NCBI GenBank assembly: GCA_013239625.1
Contig: MU053379.1
Coordinates: forward strand, 3,454,866-3,518,865
From: Lama guanicoe
Taxonomy: Eukaryota
DNA: 64,000 nt
Direction of reading: 5' to 3'
Of this stretch, positions 28,801 through 43,800 are shown one piece after another (position 1 is the stretch's first letter; each line of letters begins with the position of its first letter). The notes under the pieces are model-generated. The model did not search any database. It had not been told where the DNA came from and was given only the letters and a program-made list of their open reading frames with translations. Both the position numbers and the translations under genes were made by a program.

Positions 28801-31800
28801 TGCCCTGGGAGGTGGGGTGGTTACAGTCAGTAAGCTCTTCACTGCCTGTCTTGGGCGCACAGCTGTCCACTCTGGAATTCTATAGTAATGCCTTTTTTTC
28901 ATCTTTTACAAATTACAGTTAATAAAATTACTTATTTTGTTTCACTAAACTTGCAATTTAAAGAATACCATTTTAAAAAGGAATGAAAGCTCGTTTTCTT
29001 ATCAAGCCTGATAACATGATCAGAAGTTACATTAACTCCTTTACAAGAGAAATGTGTGGCTTCGCGTTTTGAGTCTACGTTTCTCCCCGGTGCAGGATTC
29101 TAGCATAATCGACTTCTACCCTGAAGACTTTGCCATTGACTTGAATGGGAAGAAGTATGCATGGCAAGGTAAGGTTTAGACATGAGTCCTTTTTGTTGAA
29201 ACAGTTTTCTCTTTTTGCTAGAACTCTGAGCAAACACGATTTATGGGATAAAACGTTTCCTGTAAAAGATAAATGTTTTAGAATTATATGTGAAAATTTG
29301 GCATTTTTCCATCCCACCTGATTAGCAGTGATTGCTAGTAATTTTAATAGTAGCATTCTGATAAACAGTAAACTGGGTTGAAATAGGTTAATCATTATTT
29401 TTTGTATCTCCTTGTAGTTAATTAATGGGACTTGGGACATGCTCCTTTCAGTCACTGACCCCTTGTGAGGCTGCTGAGGGACGTAGAGGTGTGAGCATGC
29501 CCTTGTAGAGGTTTGCTCATACTCCAGGGACACTTTTGAAAAATGTGTTAGAAATTTACTTTAAATACTTGACATTAATCATAATTTAAAGTTTATTTCT
29601 TATTTGTATATTATTTTCTCATTTCCTCTGTTCACAGCTTTTGTAAGAATGACAATATATGAAATTTGTACTAAATTTAAGATGATACTTACCTGCTCAA
29701 AAATGCATGATGACTGATTGTAAAGCACAGTGAAGTCTCGCACAGGCAGCCAGCCAGCTGTCGTGCACCAGACCCCATTCACCAAATCATGTTTGCCTCT
29801 TCTTCCACCATGCGTTTTTCTAGAGTAGTAAGCATGTTTGGTAAAATTACGTTTTCACTCTTTTTCCTTGATTATTCCCCGTGGTGCAGAAGACCTGTGA
29901 AATGCCTCATAGAGAGTTGTGGAGCAAAGGGGAATAGAGAGTAACTTACAGATCGAAGCGATCACTTGATGAGGTTTTAGGGTGGACTCTTGGTGTCTGT
30001 AGTAGCAGGAGTTCCCTGTTACTTCATAGCGGAGTGCTGACGGGCCTGTGTCTTGTCGATTGTAGGTGCTGTGCTCTGTGGTCGTGTTTTCCAGGTAAAT
30101 GGATAGAGCTCTTTGGTTGTTTTAATACGTTTGTGGAGTAATCAGAGAGGGAGAGGAGGCGTAGAAGGACGGGTAGTGAAGTGAAGATGTAAGTGCATTT
30201 GTCTGTTTGTTAAAGTGTTTTGTTAAATGAGTAAATACGCAAGCGTGCAGGTGACCGCTGACTGTCACTGTGGTAGAAACCGTCCAGAGGAGTCGTGTCT
30301 GTTTTGGAAAATGGTCTGTTCAGGTCCTTTGTCCATTTTTGAAACGGGTTTTTGTTGTTGTGTCGCAGGAGTACTTTATATGTGCTGGACACTAATCTCA
30401 CCAGATACGTGACGTGCATGTATTTTCTCCCGTTCTGTGGGTCATCGTCTTCTGTTGATAGGGTCCTTGAATGCACAAAAGTTTAAAATTTTCCAAGTCC
30501 AGTTTTTGTTGGACTATTTTGTTGTTGCCTTTGCTTTTGGTGTCACATCTAAGAAATCACTGCCAAATCCGGTGTCATGAACTTCCTCTGTGTTCTTCTG
30601 AGAATTTTGTAGTTCTGGTGCGTGCATTTAGGGCACTGGGCCATTTTGAATTAATTTCTGTGTATGTTGTAGGGGAAGGGCCCAGCTTCATTCTTTTGCG
30701 TGTGGATGTCCATTTTCTCAGCGTCGTTCGCTGAGACGACTGCCCTTTCCCCGGTGGATGGTCTTGGCACCCTTACTGAGAATCAGGTGGCTGCGTGTGC
30801 GGGCTCATTTCTGGGCTGTCTGTCTGTTGCTCGGTATATCTGTCTTGATGCCAGTACCATGCTGCCTTCGTTTCTGGTAAGCTTTGAAATCCGGAGGCGT
30901 GAGTCTTTCAGTTGCATTTTTCTTTTTCAAGATTGTTTTGGCTTAAGATTCCAGGTGAATTTTAGGCTGGGTTTAAACTCAGATCTTTAATATTTTTATA
31001 TTTTATATAAACATTTTCATCTATTAGGTTCTAACAAGAACACACCGTTCTTGAGGTAAAATGCAGTCCTGTTGGGAGAGGCAGTCTTTTCTTCACACAT
31101 GTCTTTAAAACCCATGCAGAGTAATGATAGTCGTTAGGTTCTTGTGTGAGTACATCTTAAAATGGTAGAAGGGAAACATAGCTGGGTACTTTTCTAACGT
31201 TTATTGAACATGTGTTCTTACCAACATTGTATGTAATGGTAGCAATGTTGTGTTTTCATATTTGCGTAGTACGGAGAGAAGGACTGTATAGCAGAGACAT
31301 TCCGAATGCTGTGTATTTTACATATGAATGGAAAATTTTAGTAATCTGATTGGAGTCCCACAGTGGCAGAGCTAAGAGCTGAATCCGGAGAGTCTGACCC
31401 CTGTGTCTACCTGCACGGTACTGCCGTCTGGGCCGCCTCTGGGTTGTGGAGAGGACCGAGTGAGTGAGAGCATGTAACGGGGTGGGTGCTCGGGAGGGAG
31501 TAGCTGCTGTTGTCCTGGGTGCTGTCGGCTCGTCCTCCAGCGCTGCCAGGGCCGCCGGGGTCACGGCTGGTGCGGGCGCTCGGCTGTCCTGGCCGGGGTG
31601 GCGTGTGTGTTGCCAGGAGGACCAGGTGGTTGTCATTGGCCTGCAGGTTGCTTCCTGCGTGGAGTTAGCTTCTGGCGCTGGCATTGTAGGAAGGCCTTTC
31701 TGAGTATTTTAGGTCCTAAATCTGGTAGGTAGAAGACAAAGCTACATAATGTTGCTGTTTTTTCATGATACAACTTTTTTAGGTGTGTGACTAATTAAAC

Positions 31801-34800
31801 TTGAACAGCTTTCTAGGTTTTTCCATCTGAGTGCTTACTGGTGATTGAAATAGCCTGACTCAGGATAGACGTTAACAACCTTGAAATCATGTTTTAGGCG
31901 CTATAAGATTCCCACTAGAACTTAGTTTCTTTTTAACGTGAGAAAATACATATATATTCTCCTCACTAGGTAGTACAATGGCACACGTTTCCTAACTTTG
32001 AAAATATGATAGCTAAATAATTAACGACTTTGGAAACCTTTCATTTCTCATCACTTTAAAGGGAGTCATCACAAACACAGCAGTTTTGAGTGGCAGTAGT
32101 TTCAAAATTATTTAGCTCTATTTGGCATTTCTCTTTGCTGTTTACCTTAAAGTTTTTATTTGGCCAAAATGCTATTTATACTGTAACAGCAGAACTTAAC
32201 GCGCTTCGTAACTTCCTACGTTTCCTGGTAGGAGATAACTGTGTTGCTGATGCACTTCTTTGGTGGTCGTGCACGTGGGTCCAGGTAAAACACTGACCTT
32301 AATTCCAGCACGCGCCAGACGACAGCTTTCAGCCTGAAGATGAGCATCTCTCCTACCCTCCCCAAAGTTATTTAAGCAAACAGGTCTACTGTTTGTGTGT
32401 AAAAGCTGGTCTTCAGGTTTCAACATGGAAACAGTACTATGCGGTTTTAGAGCTGGAATAGACATTTCGAATAATCTAGTTGAACAACACTTACGAGTAT
32501 TCCTGTTGAATGATCTCAGCAGGAAGACACCAAGGTCCTAGAAGGATGAATGGTCAGACCTAAGCCCTTGGGAGGTTGGCCGCTTGCCCGAGGGCGCCCA
32601 GTAAGTGAGGCTGAGAAAGAGACTGGTGTCTCGGCCTCTTGTTCATTTAATTTAGAATTTTTATTATCACAGAGTTAAGCTCAAACATGGTTTCCCATAT
32701 GAGCCATTTTAAGGATGGAAATTTTGGAATTTTTTCTTTTACATTTGAATTTTGGCTGAAAATTAGAGCTCAGTTCCAAAGTGTTTATATTAGCAGGAAC
32801 ATCCTACGAGAACTGTTAGCTTGGACCAGCTGGAAATTAGGTGACTAATAGCAGCGCGGTTGGTGTGCATTGGTCTCCCCAGGTGTCGCGCTGCTGCCAT
32901 TCGTGGACGAGCGGAGACTGCGGGCCGCCCTGGAGGAGGTGTACCCGGACCTCACTCCCGAAGAGTGTAAGGCTGCACTCACCTGGTCGCCGCTGAGTCT
33001 GCGTCCTACACGCTTCACGTTTCCTTCTAAAATCTGACTTTCCATTTGTCAAATTTTTTATAAAAGGGGGCATAAATCATTGGTTTTAACTTCTTTGTAA
33101 CAAAAGCTGAATTTGTTTTTTAAAATTTATTATCCATAAATTGAATCGTCACTAAATGAAAATCTTAAACTGACAGGTGTTTGACTTCCTCCATCTCCCT
33201 TTTTCCCTTCACCTGCCCCCAACCCCGGCGCAGTACCAGTAACTTTGCTTGAAGATTGTGACACGAGAGTGCTTGCTCATGTTATTTTTCACAAAAGTGG
33301 GATTTTGTCGTTAATTCTGATACTTAAAATGTTGGGAAATTGCAGGGTGGGCTCTTAGAAAATTTGTTGAATACCAGTGTAATAGACCTATAGAAATAAT
33401 TCCTCTGTCAACCATCCTTAGGATAGTTTTTGTGCTCAGGTGACACGATGTGTGTCTTGCAGTGAGACGCTGAGCTCCGCAGAGGGAAGGAAGCGTGGGC
33501 CTCCCCGTGCAGCCCTGTGCTCAGCCGGCTTTTAGTGATCCTTTCCTGACTGTCACTGATCTGTGAAGCCTTTTTGCTAGTTTTTTTTCCTACAGAGCCG
33601 TGTCACATATTTAGGCCTCTTGCTGTTAATTTATTTTTCATAAACTTTATAATTAAGTTTACAAAATTTGGATGCCTTTTACTGCTTTTGCAAGTACAGC
33701 CGTCTGATGCCCCTCTCTCCCTCCCCCAGCCAGGAGAAACAGCCTGGGCGGCGACGTGCTGTTCGTGGGCCGGCAGCACCCGCTGCACGACTTCATCTCG
33801 GAGCTGTACCGGGCGGGCTCCACGCAGGTGCGTCGGCCACACTGTCAGGAAGCGTGTTCGCGTGGTGTATTTGTTGAGTTGCTTCATCAGGGTACACTTT
33901 TTACATTTTGGTAAAATATAAACAGAATTTACCATTTTAACCATTTTTTAAGTGTTTAATTCTGTAGCATTAAGACCATTCACAGTGATGTGCGGCCATC
34001 GCTGCAGTCCATCTCCTGAACCTTTTCGTCCTCCCAGTTGGAGGCTCTGTACCCAGTAACCAGTATTAAATGGCACCTCTCCACTCGCCCTCCCCAGCCC
34101 CGGTGACTTCTCTGCCACTTTCTGACGGTGAATTTGTGTGACTTGATCCCTCACGTGAATCGCATCGTCAGCATTTGTCCTCCTGTGTCTGGCTCTCTTC
34201 ACTTAGTGTAATCTTTCAGGGTTCAGCCATCTTGGGTCAAAATTTCCTTCCCTTCATGGCTGAGTAAGATTCCATCATGTGCATACACTGCATTTTGTGC
34301 ATGCACTCATCCGTTGGTGGGAACTTGAAATGTTTCCACCTTTTGGTTATCAAGAGCACTGCTGCTGTGAACACTGGTGTGCAGGCGTGCGTCTGAGTCC
34401 CCGCCTTCCATTTTTTGGGGTGTATGATCAGGAATGTGTTTTTCCACAGTCGGTGGATGTACCACCTGAACTCTGTCACGGGATTCAAGGAAGGTTTTCT
34501 TTGGATGAAGAAGCCATTCTTCCAGATCAGTAAGCATTCATCTGTGTGTAATTGGGGCAGCTGGGAAGATGTTCAGTTGTTAGCATTTTTGCTTTGTTGC
34601 CTGAATGTTTCTTTTCCTAGTAATAATGAGAAAGTAGTGAGAAAACAAAACAGCAGCAACAGAAAACCCCTGGACTGAAAAAGACTTGGGCTCAGGGCTC
34701 AGCTCTTCAGCACAGTAGCCCTGCCGCTACCCTCTGAGGAGATCCACGAGGTCAAGACTGTTTTCCTAGTAGTGCCAGGGTGTTACGATGCTGTTTGCCT

Positions 34801-37800
34801 TTCTCGCTCTTCCTCTCGAGTGTGTGGTGGTTTTCCAGAGGCTAAATGTAGTTTGATAACGCAAGAGGTCGACTCAGAAGTGGGTAACAGAATCCAGCTA
34901 TTAATACTAACATTAAGATAGATACTAAGCTATACATTGAAGAAATTTAAAGTAATGATAGTCTTTTTTGTTTTGCTTTGTAAAATGTAGTTGTTTTTCA
35001 TTTAAAAGTTCTTTAAATTAATATCAAGTTTATTACTGAGGTTGTCTTACTAGATTTTTAATAATAGGTTTATCACCGTTATTGTTAAATTAGAGTATAT
35101 TTTAAATTACTTAGTTTTAATTTTTAATAGGTAAATAATGATAGCTGCAACCAACACGAGCAGAAGCTCTTGGGGTCCGCAGTTAAGTGCATAAAGGGGT
35201 TCTGAGATCAGAGTTGGAGAGCTGCGGCTCAAGGGTGTAGGTCCAGGAGTAGATCTGCTGGTTTTCCAGCGTGGTTACACTGGTTTATAATTTCAGTGCC
35301 AGTTTTTGGGAGAGATTGTTGCTCTGGGGTCTCGCAACCCTTGGGACGGTCAGGACCTTAATTTTTGCCCACGTGGCGGACCCTGGTTATCTTGTCCTGA
35401 TGACAGTTGCATTTCTCTGATTACTGATGAAACGGAATGCCATGTGGTGTATTCCTTAACTTTTTGGGTTTCCTCGTTTATGAAATAGCTGTTCTGTTCT
35501 TCAGTTCTCTGTCCCCTCCCCCTTTTGTTTTGTAGGTGTTCCTGTACAGATTCTGATACAAACCCTTTGCCCATTAATTGTTTTCTGTTAGTGAGATTAC
35601 AAACGAGGAAGACAGGGTCCTTGTTTAAAGATAGGTGGGGTTACATTGCTTTTTGCTGGTGCACTTTAACGGTTTCCTTCCTCAAAGCCTAACGAGCAGC
35701 AGCGTCTGGCTGCTGCTTGCGCAGAAGGAGCAGCTGACAAAGAGGTGGCCCTTGTCTCGTTTCTCTTCAGGGTGGTGTGCTCTCCGGTTCCCTTGTTACG
35801 GGACCTGACACAGAACACCGCGGTCAGGTGAGTGTCCCGAGATGCACGGCAGCCGCCCAGGACGCAGCTGTGAACTTGCACGTGAGCTCAGGAAGGACCT
35901 CCGGTTCACAGGGAGGTTGTGGCTGTTACCCACCAGCGCTTTGAGATCGGCGAGTCCCCGTGTTGCAGACCTCAGAGCAGAGACTCTTGACTTTAAATTA
36001 TGTATATTGTTAAGGCTCCTGATTTAACAAGCCTGCTTCTCTGCTTTCCAGTTTTCCCTGACAACCCCTGATTCTTCCTGGATTAGGGAGGGGGTTCGCC
36101 GTGGGGGCGCAGAGACCCACGCGCTTGTGACCATTTTAATTACATTACAGTCGTGGCCCTGCGGAGTCTGGAAACAAAACTTCTGTATACTGGATTTTGA
36201 TTAAGATGAAATGGAAGGAATCTGTGGAATTTTTTGTCAACAGTTATTATAAGGACTGATATCTACTGTCTGGAAAATTTATAGTTCATTTCTTCAGTGG
36301 TGACAGCATTTTCTGCCGAGTACGTAAAATGTTTAGAATGTAAAAAATCAGCGGACGCACCACTCATCTGTGTGGTGGTTGTGTGTAGTTACTGACCCCG
36401 GTGGCAGGTTTGTGTTCGTTTTCTTCAGTCTCTAGACGGAAGCAGGGCAAACGCTGTGCTGATTCAAGGACTGGAAGCTGCTCCTGAGTGCTCCCCCACG
36501 CAGTCGTGCCATTTCCCGCTCGCAGCGAGTCTTGGATTTCTTACTGTGAAGTAGAAGCGTGTCTCTTCCCGCCGTTAATGGGTTTCAATAGCAGCTAGGC
36601 TTTTACTTAAGGAAAACTGTTGTGAATGTGGAGCGCTCCCCAGAGGAGTTGCTTTTATTTACCTTCACCCAGTTTCTGTTTATCTTGACACATTGTTGTC
36701 CTGGCTCTTTGTCTTCGGGCTTTTGTTCGGGGCGGAGTTGCTCTGTGTCCACGGCACACAGGCCGGCCCGGGCAGCCGCGAGGACTCGGTGCGTTAGGCC
36801 CCGGGCGCCCGTTCTCCCCGCCGGTGCTCTCCGGGTTGCCCCGTGTCTGCCCGTGCTATGCAGTTTCTTCCTTGTTCCCAGGGGCCTTCCCTCCCAGCCC
36901 TCTAGAAACAGTCAGTTCTGCTTAACTTTCTAATTAGCGTGGAGACTTGCCCAGGGGAAGAGCTGCGAAGCTGAGGGGTCCTGGAGGTTTGTTTGTGTGG
37001 TGGTGGTGGTTTCGGAGCCTGCAGGGGCCTTTGGTATCATCCAGTGCCTAGTGTTTTCACAAGATAATTAAATTTATAAAGCAGATCTAAGATCCAGGTC
37101 TATATTCAGGTATATGTTGAAAATAACTTCGTGATAAGATTGACTTAATTGAGTTGATTTCCTAGAGATTCATGAAAGAGCAAAGTTAATTCTTAACCTG
37201 GTGAGGTAGTTCTCAGTGTTTCCTCGGAGAGGTGTTGTTGAGACCAGGACCCAGTTCACTGTGGTTCGTGGCGTGTGTTTGTTTCCAGGCTTGTTGTGTA
37301 CCCCAGTGTCGTTTTTGCTTTACAGACAAAGATCTGAAATTGTCGCCGTTGGCGCCAGTGGTGTCCCTCTTTCTGGACTCCTGGCCTTTCCCATCCCCTC
37401 TCTGTGTTGTCCAGGTCACAGTCTAGATCGATGAGCTGTGTCCTCACGCTGGCTTCAGGTGTGTCCTTCTTGTCACCTTAGATCTTGCCTGTGGTGTTGA
37501 GAAAGTGTATTTTAGAGGTTATTGAAGTGTCTTAAGTTCACAGAAGGACCCTTGAAGAATACAGCCAGCTGTGACCTGGGATTTTTTTAATAGTGACTCT
37601 GTCAGTGATTCAGCTCGCAGTGGTTTACCTTTGATGAGAACTGCGCTGTTCCCCTTGGTTCTCCTCGTCCTGCTCTTCCTCTACCATGGCAAATTGCCTA
37701 GGCATAGTATTTTTAGAATAATTCTTTGTGAACTTTAATTCTATAAAACCTGTACATGGTTTAAAATTATAAAAAAGTTGTCTTCTTGGTGCAGCAGCGC

Positions 37801-40800
37801 AGTTTTCTGCTCATCTGTGCGAGTGGATGCACACCCGGCTTGTCTCGGCTCGGACCGCTGTCTGCACCTGCTTCGTGGTCCTGCCCCTGGGCCGCCTGCT
37901 CCCCGGGTGCCCAGATGGAGGAGCTCGGTTCTCACTTCGCGCTGCTCTGTGTGTCTGCACCGTTGCTCTGCAGTAGTTTTTTCTTAAATCATTTTGCGTC
38001 TCTGGCTTCTCCCGCGGAGCCTGCTCTGCACGTTCTTCTCCTGGGTTGCTGTAGTGCCCTCCCAGCTGGTTTTTTTCCTCCCACCTCCTTTCCCACTGAA
38101 TCTGTTGTCTTCCCCTTAAACACTGCCGTCCCTCTGGGACCTTGGTTCCTGCTGTAGTTTGGCAGAGCCCAGGGCTGTGCCTGAGTCCCCACCGCTCCGG
38201 GGTGCCGTCTCCTTGCTCTCCAGGTGGTGCCTCCCGAATGCCCGTCTCTGTGCCGTCCTCCCGCTGCTGGGAGGGCTCTGCCCTTTGCCGCCTGGAGACA
38301 AGCCCTCCACTGCTTGTCTGCTCTTCTGAAGGCAGCCTGTCATTTAGATAACCTTCATGGGTGTCACTTTCATGAGCAGCATTCTCAGGGTCCTCTTTTT
38401 CTCTCCTGGCACCTGGCATCCTTCTAAACCCAGGTCAAAGCTCGGTTGTTGGTAGTGTTAGAACACGTGTTTGCCAAAGTCTCCCAGGAGCCCAAACTTT
38501 CTTCTTCAAAGGGCTGTTTCTCACTTTCTGTGTTCACTTGTGGATGGAGCAGGCACGGGATAGGATGTTCTGTCTCTTCAAGGGGTTTTTTTTAAAATGT
38601 GGATGTACGTGAAGATGGGTTTTTTTAGTGTAGCCATTACTGCAGTGTCCCTAAGACTCCCAGCAGGTACTTGGAATCCCAGGCCTGAAGAAGCACAGCG
38701 CGCCGAGCAGCGCCAGCCGTGGTGGTGGGGGGCGCTCGGGAGGGGGCACCTTCGCTGCCTGCAGTGCTGAATTCCCAGGGCGTGGGGCCGGGTAGCCTCT
38801 CCTGGTGGGCCGTCAGAAAAGGCATCTTAGGTCCTGTGAACTCTGTAAGTGCCCTAAAATGTCAGGTGTATGAACCATGACGTTTCCCCTGCAGGAGCAG
38901 CGTGCACCGGGACGCTGCGTAATGGCGTCAGTTATGGAACGTGTCAGGGAAACACAGAGTGAAAATGAACCTTGTTGTTTGGAGTTTTCTGCTAGCACAC
39001 TCCAACGGTGCTAGCACTTAAAGCAGCCTTTCTGAGGAGAATTCTGAGAGCGAGTGGGAGTGGGCAAGTGTTACGCCTTCTCGTCCTTTTCTGTGGCGAC
39101 TTAGCCGTGGTGTTTTCTTCTTAGGGCTGCTGTTTAAAGTGCTGCTTGTGACACAGAAGCGCTGTTCAGATTCCTTACTTCCAGCTAGGCTTTGGTTTAA
39201 ATTTTTTATTTATTTTGTCCTTCGTGTGTTTATGAAGACAGTTAAGTGATTAAACTAATAGGGCAGTTACCCACCAAGGAAGGGACCCATCGTACACCCG
39301 TGTGGGAGCTGGGCTGGAAGCTGGAAGCTTAGCTGGGTGCGTGGGCACTGTTCCACCTGGGAGTGGCAGAAATACTCCTGTTTCACTGAGCTGGGAGAAG
39401 CAGTGTGGCCCCACACTCGGGTCTCCGACCTCAGCCTGCCCAGAGGCTGCTGTTACCTCATCTCCTCCCTCCGGCTGCCTCTCACTGCCTCGGTGTCACT
39501 GCTTCCCTCCCCTGCAGATCTCTCCCCAGTAATGCCTTGTGCTTCTGGTCGTGGAAAATGGTCAGAGAGCAACCTGTCTTCTCCTCTTTGTTACTTTCAT
39601 CATTACTTACATATTTTAGCAAAATGAAATTATTTCTGTTATTTTTGATGCTCTTTCTGAAAGAATTGGAATTACATCAACCTGAAAAAACCACAGGAAC
39701 TTTGAAAGTTTGGATCCAAATAAAAAGTTACCCGTTACCCTTTGGGGCTTTGTCTGCAGATTCCTGCCTGAGTCTGTTTGACTTGCAGGGGGTCTAGGTT
39801 GTGGCTGATGTTAACCCCAGGGGGCAGTACAGTAGAGTTGTGTTTTAGCTCTTTACTTTCTAAAAGCATCATAGTTCTTAGTATGTATTTTGAGGAACAA
39901 ATTGAAATACTAGAATGTGTCAGCCAGCGGAAGCTTAGTAACTCTTTTTATGAGAGAGTAAGTCTTCAAATTGTTCTCCAAGATCCAAGGGAAAATCTTA
40001 ATCTTTCAGATGAGAAGTTGTGTCCCTTCTGCAGGGACCTCCAGACTTCTTTTCCGAGACCCCTTCATGCCTCCTGCCGGCTGCCCCGTGTGGCACGTGC
40101 AGGCCACTCTACAGAGCACGGCTCTCGGAGGGGAGGACCCTGGAGGTGGCTTCCCTCTGTTGGCTTGGAAACTTTTTCTCTTTCCGAGCAGCAGCGTGAG
40201 TAATGGAATTTTTAAAGCAGTTTTATTGAGGAATAGTTGGCACACAATAAACTGCACATATTTGATGAGTAAATGAATTTGCTTTCCCAAACGTTAGTCT
40301 CAGCTGTCTTATTAGACCTCTTGTTGTAACATTGTCCCTCAGGAGAGATTGTCCCATAATCTGGGACTCTCTCTCCTTCCCGGGAGCCAGTTACCTGGCC
40401 GCTCCTTCATTTCTTAGACTCACCTCTTCCTGGGCATGACCTCAAGCCCTGCCCCGAATATGGCCTTGCTTCCATCTCCAGCCCTGCCTCCCCCTCTGCT
40501 TGCCCCACACTCCCTGCCCAGAGGCGCACTCCCTGCCCAGAGGCGACATCACGCCCTTCTCTCTCACACTGGGTGGCCGGGCGGCTCTTTCTGAATGGCA
40601 ACTTGACCCGCATCCCGCGTCCCTCCCTCACCGCGGCCTGCAGTGGCTTCCCCCCACCCCCCCACCCCGCGGGCCGCAGAGCCCCACACGGTGTGCTCCA
40701 GCTCAGCCCGCCGTCTCACCTCCCACTTCTGTTCACGTCTGTCTTCATTCCAAGCCATCGCTTCTCCCCTGGGGCCCCACCTGACAATTAAGTCTCGAGA

Positions 40801-43800
40801 ACTTACAGCATTTGTCACATGAATCGGTCTTGGCCCTGCGCCTTTAGAGGGGTGCTGGTGACGTGTCTCCCCGGGGAGAACCGAGAGAGCAGTCTCTCAG
40901 ACCCTGTTCGCGGGGCTCGTTCTGTCTCTCCCAGAGCCCCGCCCGGAAGGCCGCTCCCGTTAAACAGAGCTGCTCCTTGGCTCGGTCCCCCCCTCCGTGT
41001 CTTTGTTTCCTCTGTCACCCTGCGGCCAATCCTGTCCTGCCTTCAGCCACAGCCTGTTGGTCCCGCGTGAAGGAGCCCCCTCCGCCCCCACGTGCGTGCA
41101 GCCCGCACTCGGGAGGCGTGTGCACACCTGAGCGAGCGTCTTGCCTGCGCCCGTGGTTGTCTTTTCCACTCTCCTCCCTGCTGCACTGTTAGGAGACATT
41201 TGCTGTTTCTTTTCCCAGTTAGAAGGGGCGGCAGGCTCGAGGCCTGGTCAGTGTCTGTGCCCTCCAGTCCCACCGCGAGGCCACGCGTGCAGCGGGCACT
41301 CTGAAACGTTGTTAGGTAAACTGCAGAAAGGCTCTGCTGACGCCGGGAGAGCTGCTTTGAGATCCTTTAGTTGCAAGTCTTGCTTCACTGCCGGTTTTCT
41401 GTCTTCACTTTGTATCTGCAAAGTCCTAACAAACCCGCACGCTGAGACGTCCCCTACCGCCCTCTTAAACCCTCCGGCCTGCCGGTCTTGCCTGGCCCTG
41501 CCTGAAGCCGCCTCGAGTGGCGAGCTTCTGAGCTGAAGACAGTTGCCGATGGGGAGGGCCTCCCAGGAGGAGCAGACTGAGTGAATGAAGTGTCGGTCAG
41601 CTGCCCTGAGCTCATGGCATCTTTATTGTAAATGAAACTATTTCTGTGTTCTTTTACCAAGTACCCAAAGATGCAGTTAAATCCTACGGCAGTGAAAATT
41701 GTCTGTAACAGGTGGGCCCTTAATTATTTACAGTGTCAGTATTTGAAGAGAAAAAAGTTAGCTATCTAAAATGTCAACCAGTTCGGTAAAAGCTTTTTTA
41801 ACTGTTGCAACTGTAATTTGTAATCTTCAGAAGAATTTTGGAAAATATGGAAAAAGCACAGAGGAGGAAAGGAAACGGTTGATTGTATGAATAACCTTAT
41901 GATGAGTATGTGTCCAGTCTGCAGTGTGTGTATTTTCCCCATGTCATTATGTATTTCATTGCTACATTTAAAAAAAAATTCATAGAGGATGCCATTTTTA
42001 GAAAGAACCATGGTTTCTTTAACCAGTCCACTACTATTCGTAGTGTTCATACTCTTAGGTTTTACAGTTTTCAACATTGTGAGCACTGAAGCTGTGAGCA
42101 GCCTTAAGTATAAACCAGGCGCATATCCAGGGCCCTGGGAGGGGCATGGCTGTGTCACCAGCACACACACACGCCCAGCAAAGTGGTTTGACCCAGCTTG
42201 TAAGAGTCTGAATGTACAGCCTTCACGTAGCTTTCAGATTATGACTCTTAACATTGTTGAAGAAGCACACGTTAGCAGAGCAGGCTTCTAACCCGGGAGG
42301 TTTCGTTTCTTCCCCCTGTGGCTTCTTTGTGGTCGTGTTTCTGATTTTGCAAATACTCCTATTGGTCTTTGCATCCTTCTTAGAACAAGAGCTGATCTTC
42401 CCTAAGATGCTAGGAGGAGAGTGCTTGCCAGGAGCCAAACAAAAGGAAAGGTGTTTCTTATTTCTTGTTGCTGTAAACCTCTTCGACCTGTCTCTGACAT
42501 CATACTGGAATTTCTCAAGCATCGGGCAGGCAGTTTCTGTTATTGCTCTGTGATCACCCATAATCAGCTAGAACACGGCTCTTCCCCAGAAAGTTACCCG
42601 AGGACTGTCCTAGAAATTAGCACCAGTTTGGTGGGGAAGATTTTAGCCATTTGGCCGTTTGGCAAACTCTACTGACAAAATAATTTTTAGAGAAGATTTT
42701 GAATTTTAGTTATTCTGTTTGAAGATCAAAAGTACCTCTAGAAGTAACTTTAGATAATAGTCAAGCGGGGCCAATCCAGTGACATCACTTAATCCTGTGT
42801 TGTTTTCTTCTAGTATTAATTTTAAAGACCCGCAGTTCGCTGAAGATTACGTTTTTAAGGCCGTAATGCTTCCGGGAGCAAGGTGACAGTGCAGTTACAA
42901 AATATACTTTCTGGGTTTGTTTTCTGTGAATAATGATCTTCCCTATAATGAAATACTGTGTTTTCAAATGGCTAGAAAACCTGCACCGGTGTTGAAACCC
43001 AGCGACTGGGAGAAATCCAGCAACGGACGGCAGTGGAAGCCCCAGCTGGGCTTCAGCCGGGACCGGCGGCCCGTCCACCTGGACCCCGCGGCCTTCAGGA
43101 CTTTGGGGTGAGTGGGAGGTCCTGTCTGTGTGTGCTGTGCTTTTCCTGGGTCTTCCACAGAGCGTCAGCCAGCATTTAGGCCACGGGCATTTGAGACCAT
43201 TAAACACAGCCACTTTGCAGACATGTTAATGACTTTGATACTTTTTCTTCCTTCATTTTAAAAAATTCCCTCCTGCTACTTTGGTTGTGTTGCTTGAGAT
43301 TTCCATCATTTTCTCCTAAGAGATCTCACTGTCTCTCTGACAGTTATTTCAGAAGAATAGAACCTTCTCTCTGCCCTCAGCAAACTCCAGCCTAGTCCCG
43401 TGGGGCCGCATGGCCCAGGGCCTCAGTGCCCGGAGCCACTGCTCCTGGGTGGTGGCCTCCCCGGCGCTCGAGTGGCCGTGTCCCACCGGTGCTTGAGTTT
43501 GCAGCTCTTTGCCTGTGAGTGGGATCCAGTCTCTTGATACGTCTCCTGGTCGTTTTTATTTCCTCTTGTGTGAATTTCTGATTCTGCCCTCTGCCCTTGT
43601 TGCTGTCAGACTGTCCTCTTCCTGGAGGTAGGGACAGCTGTCTGTGACAGAGAGGGACTTTGAAACAGTGACAGGGAGAGCTAGGAGAAGAAGGGCCGCG
43701 TGTGCGGGTGAATGCTGGTGAGCTCCTGTTCACGAACCGACGACGGGAACTCAGATACTTCCGATTCACAGGGAAACCCTGAGATTCGGAGGGGGCTTCA

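Noticed and set aside
39814..39829. CTCF-like motif ACCCCAGGGGGCAGTA (weaker one near 21110)
   Set aside because: Single imperfect motif matches are expected by chance in 64 kb; not supportable without ChIP or conservation data.
40508..40545. Perfect 19-bp tandem duplication (similar short ones near 6770, 7893 and 20141)
   Set aside because: Ordinary slippage-type duplications in repeat or intronic DNA; not an array.
42883..42975. Frame-preserving intron lengths (intron 25, 93 nt; intron 7, 135 nt) suggesting coding intron retention
   Set aside because: Both contain early in-frame stops (AGG TGA; TTG TAA).
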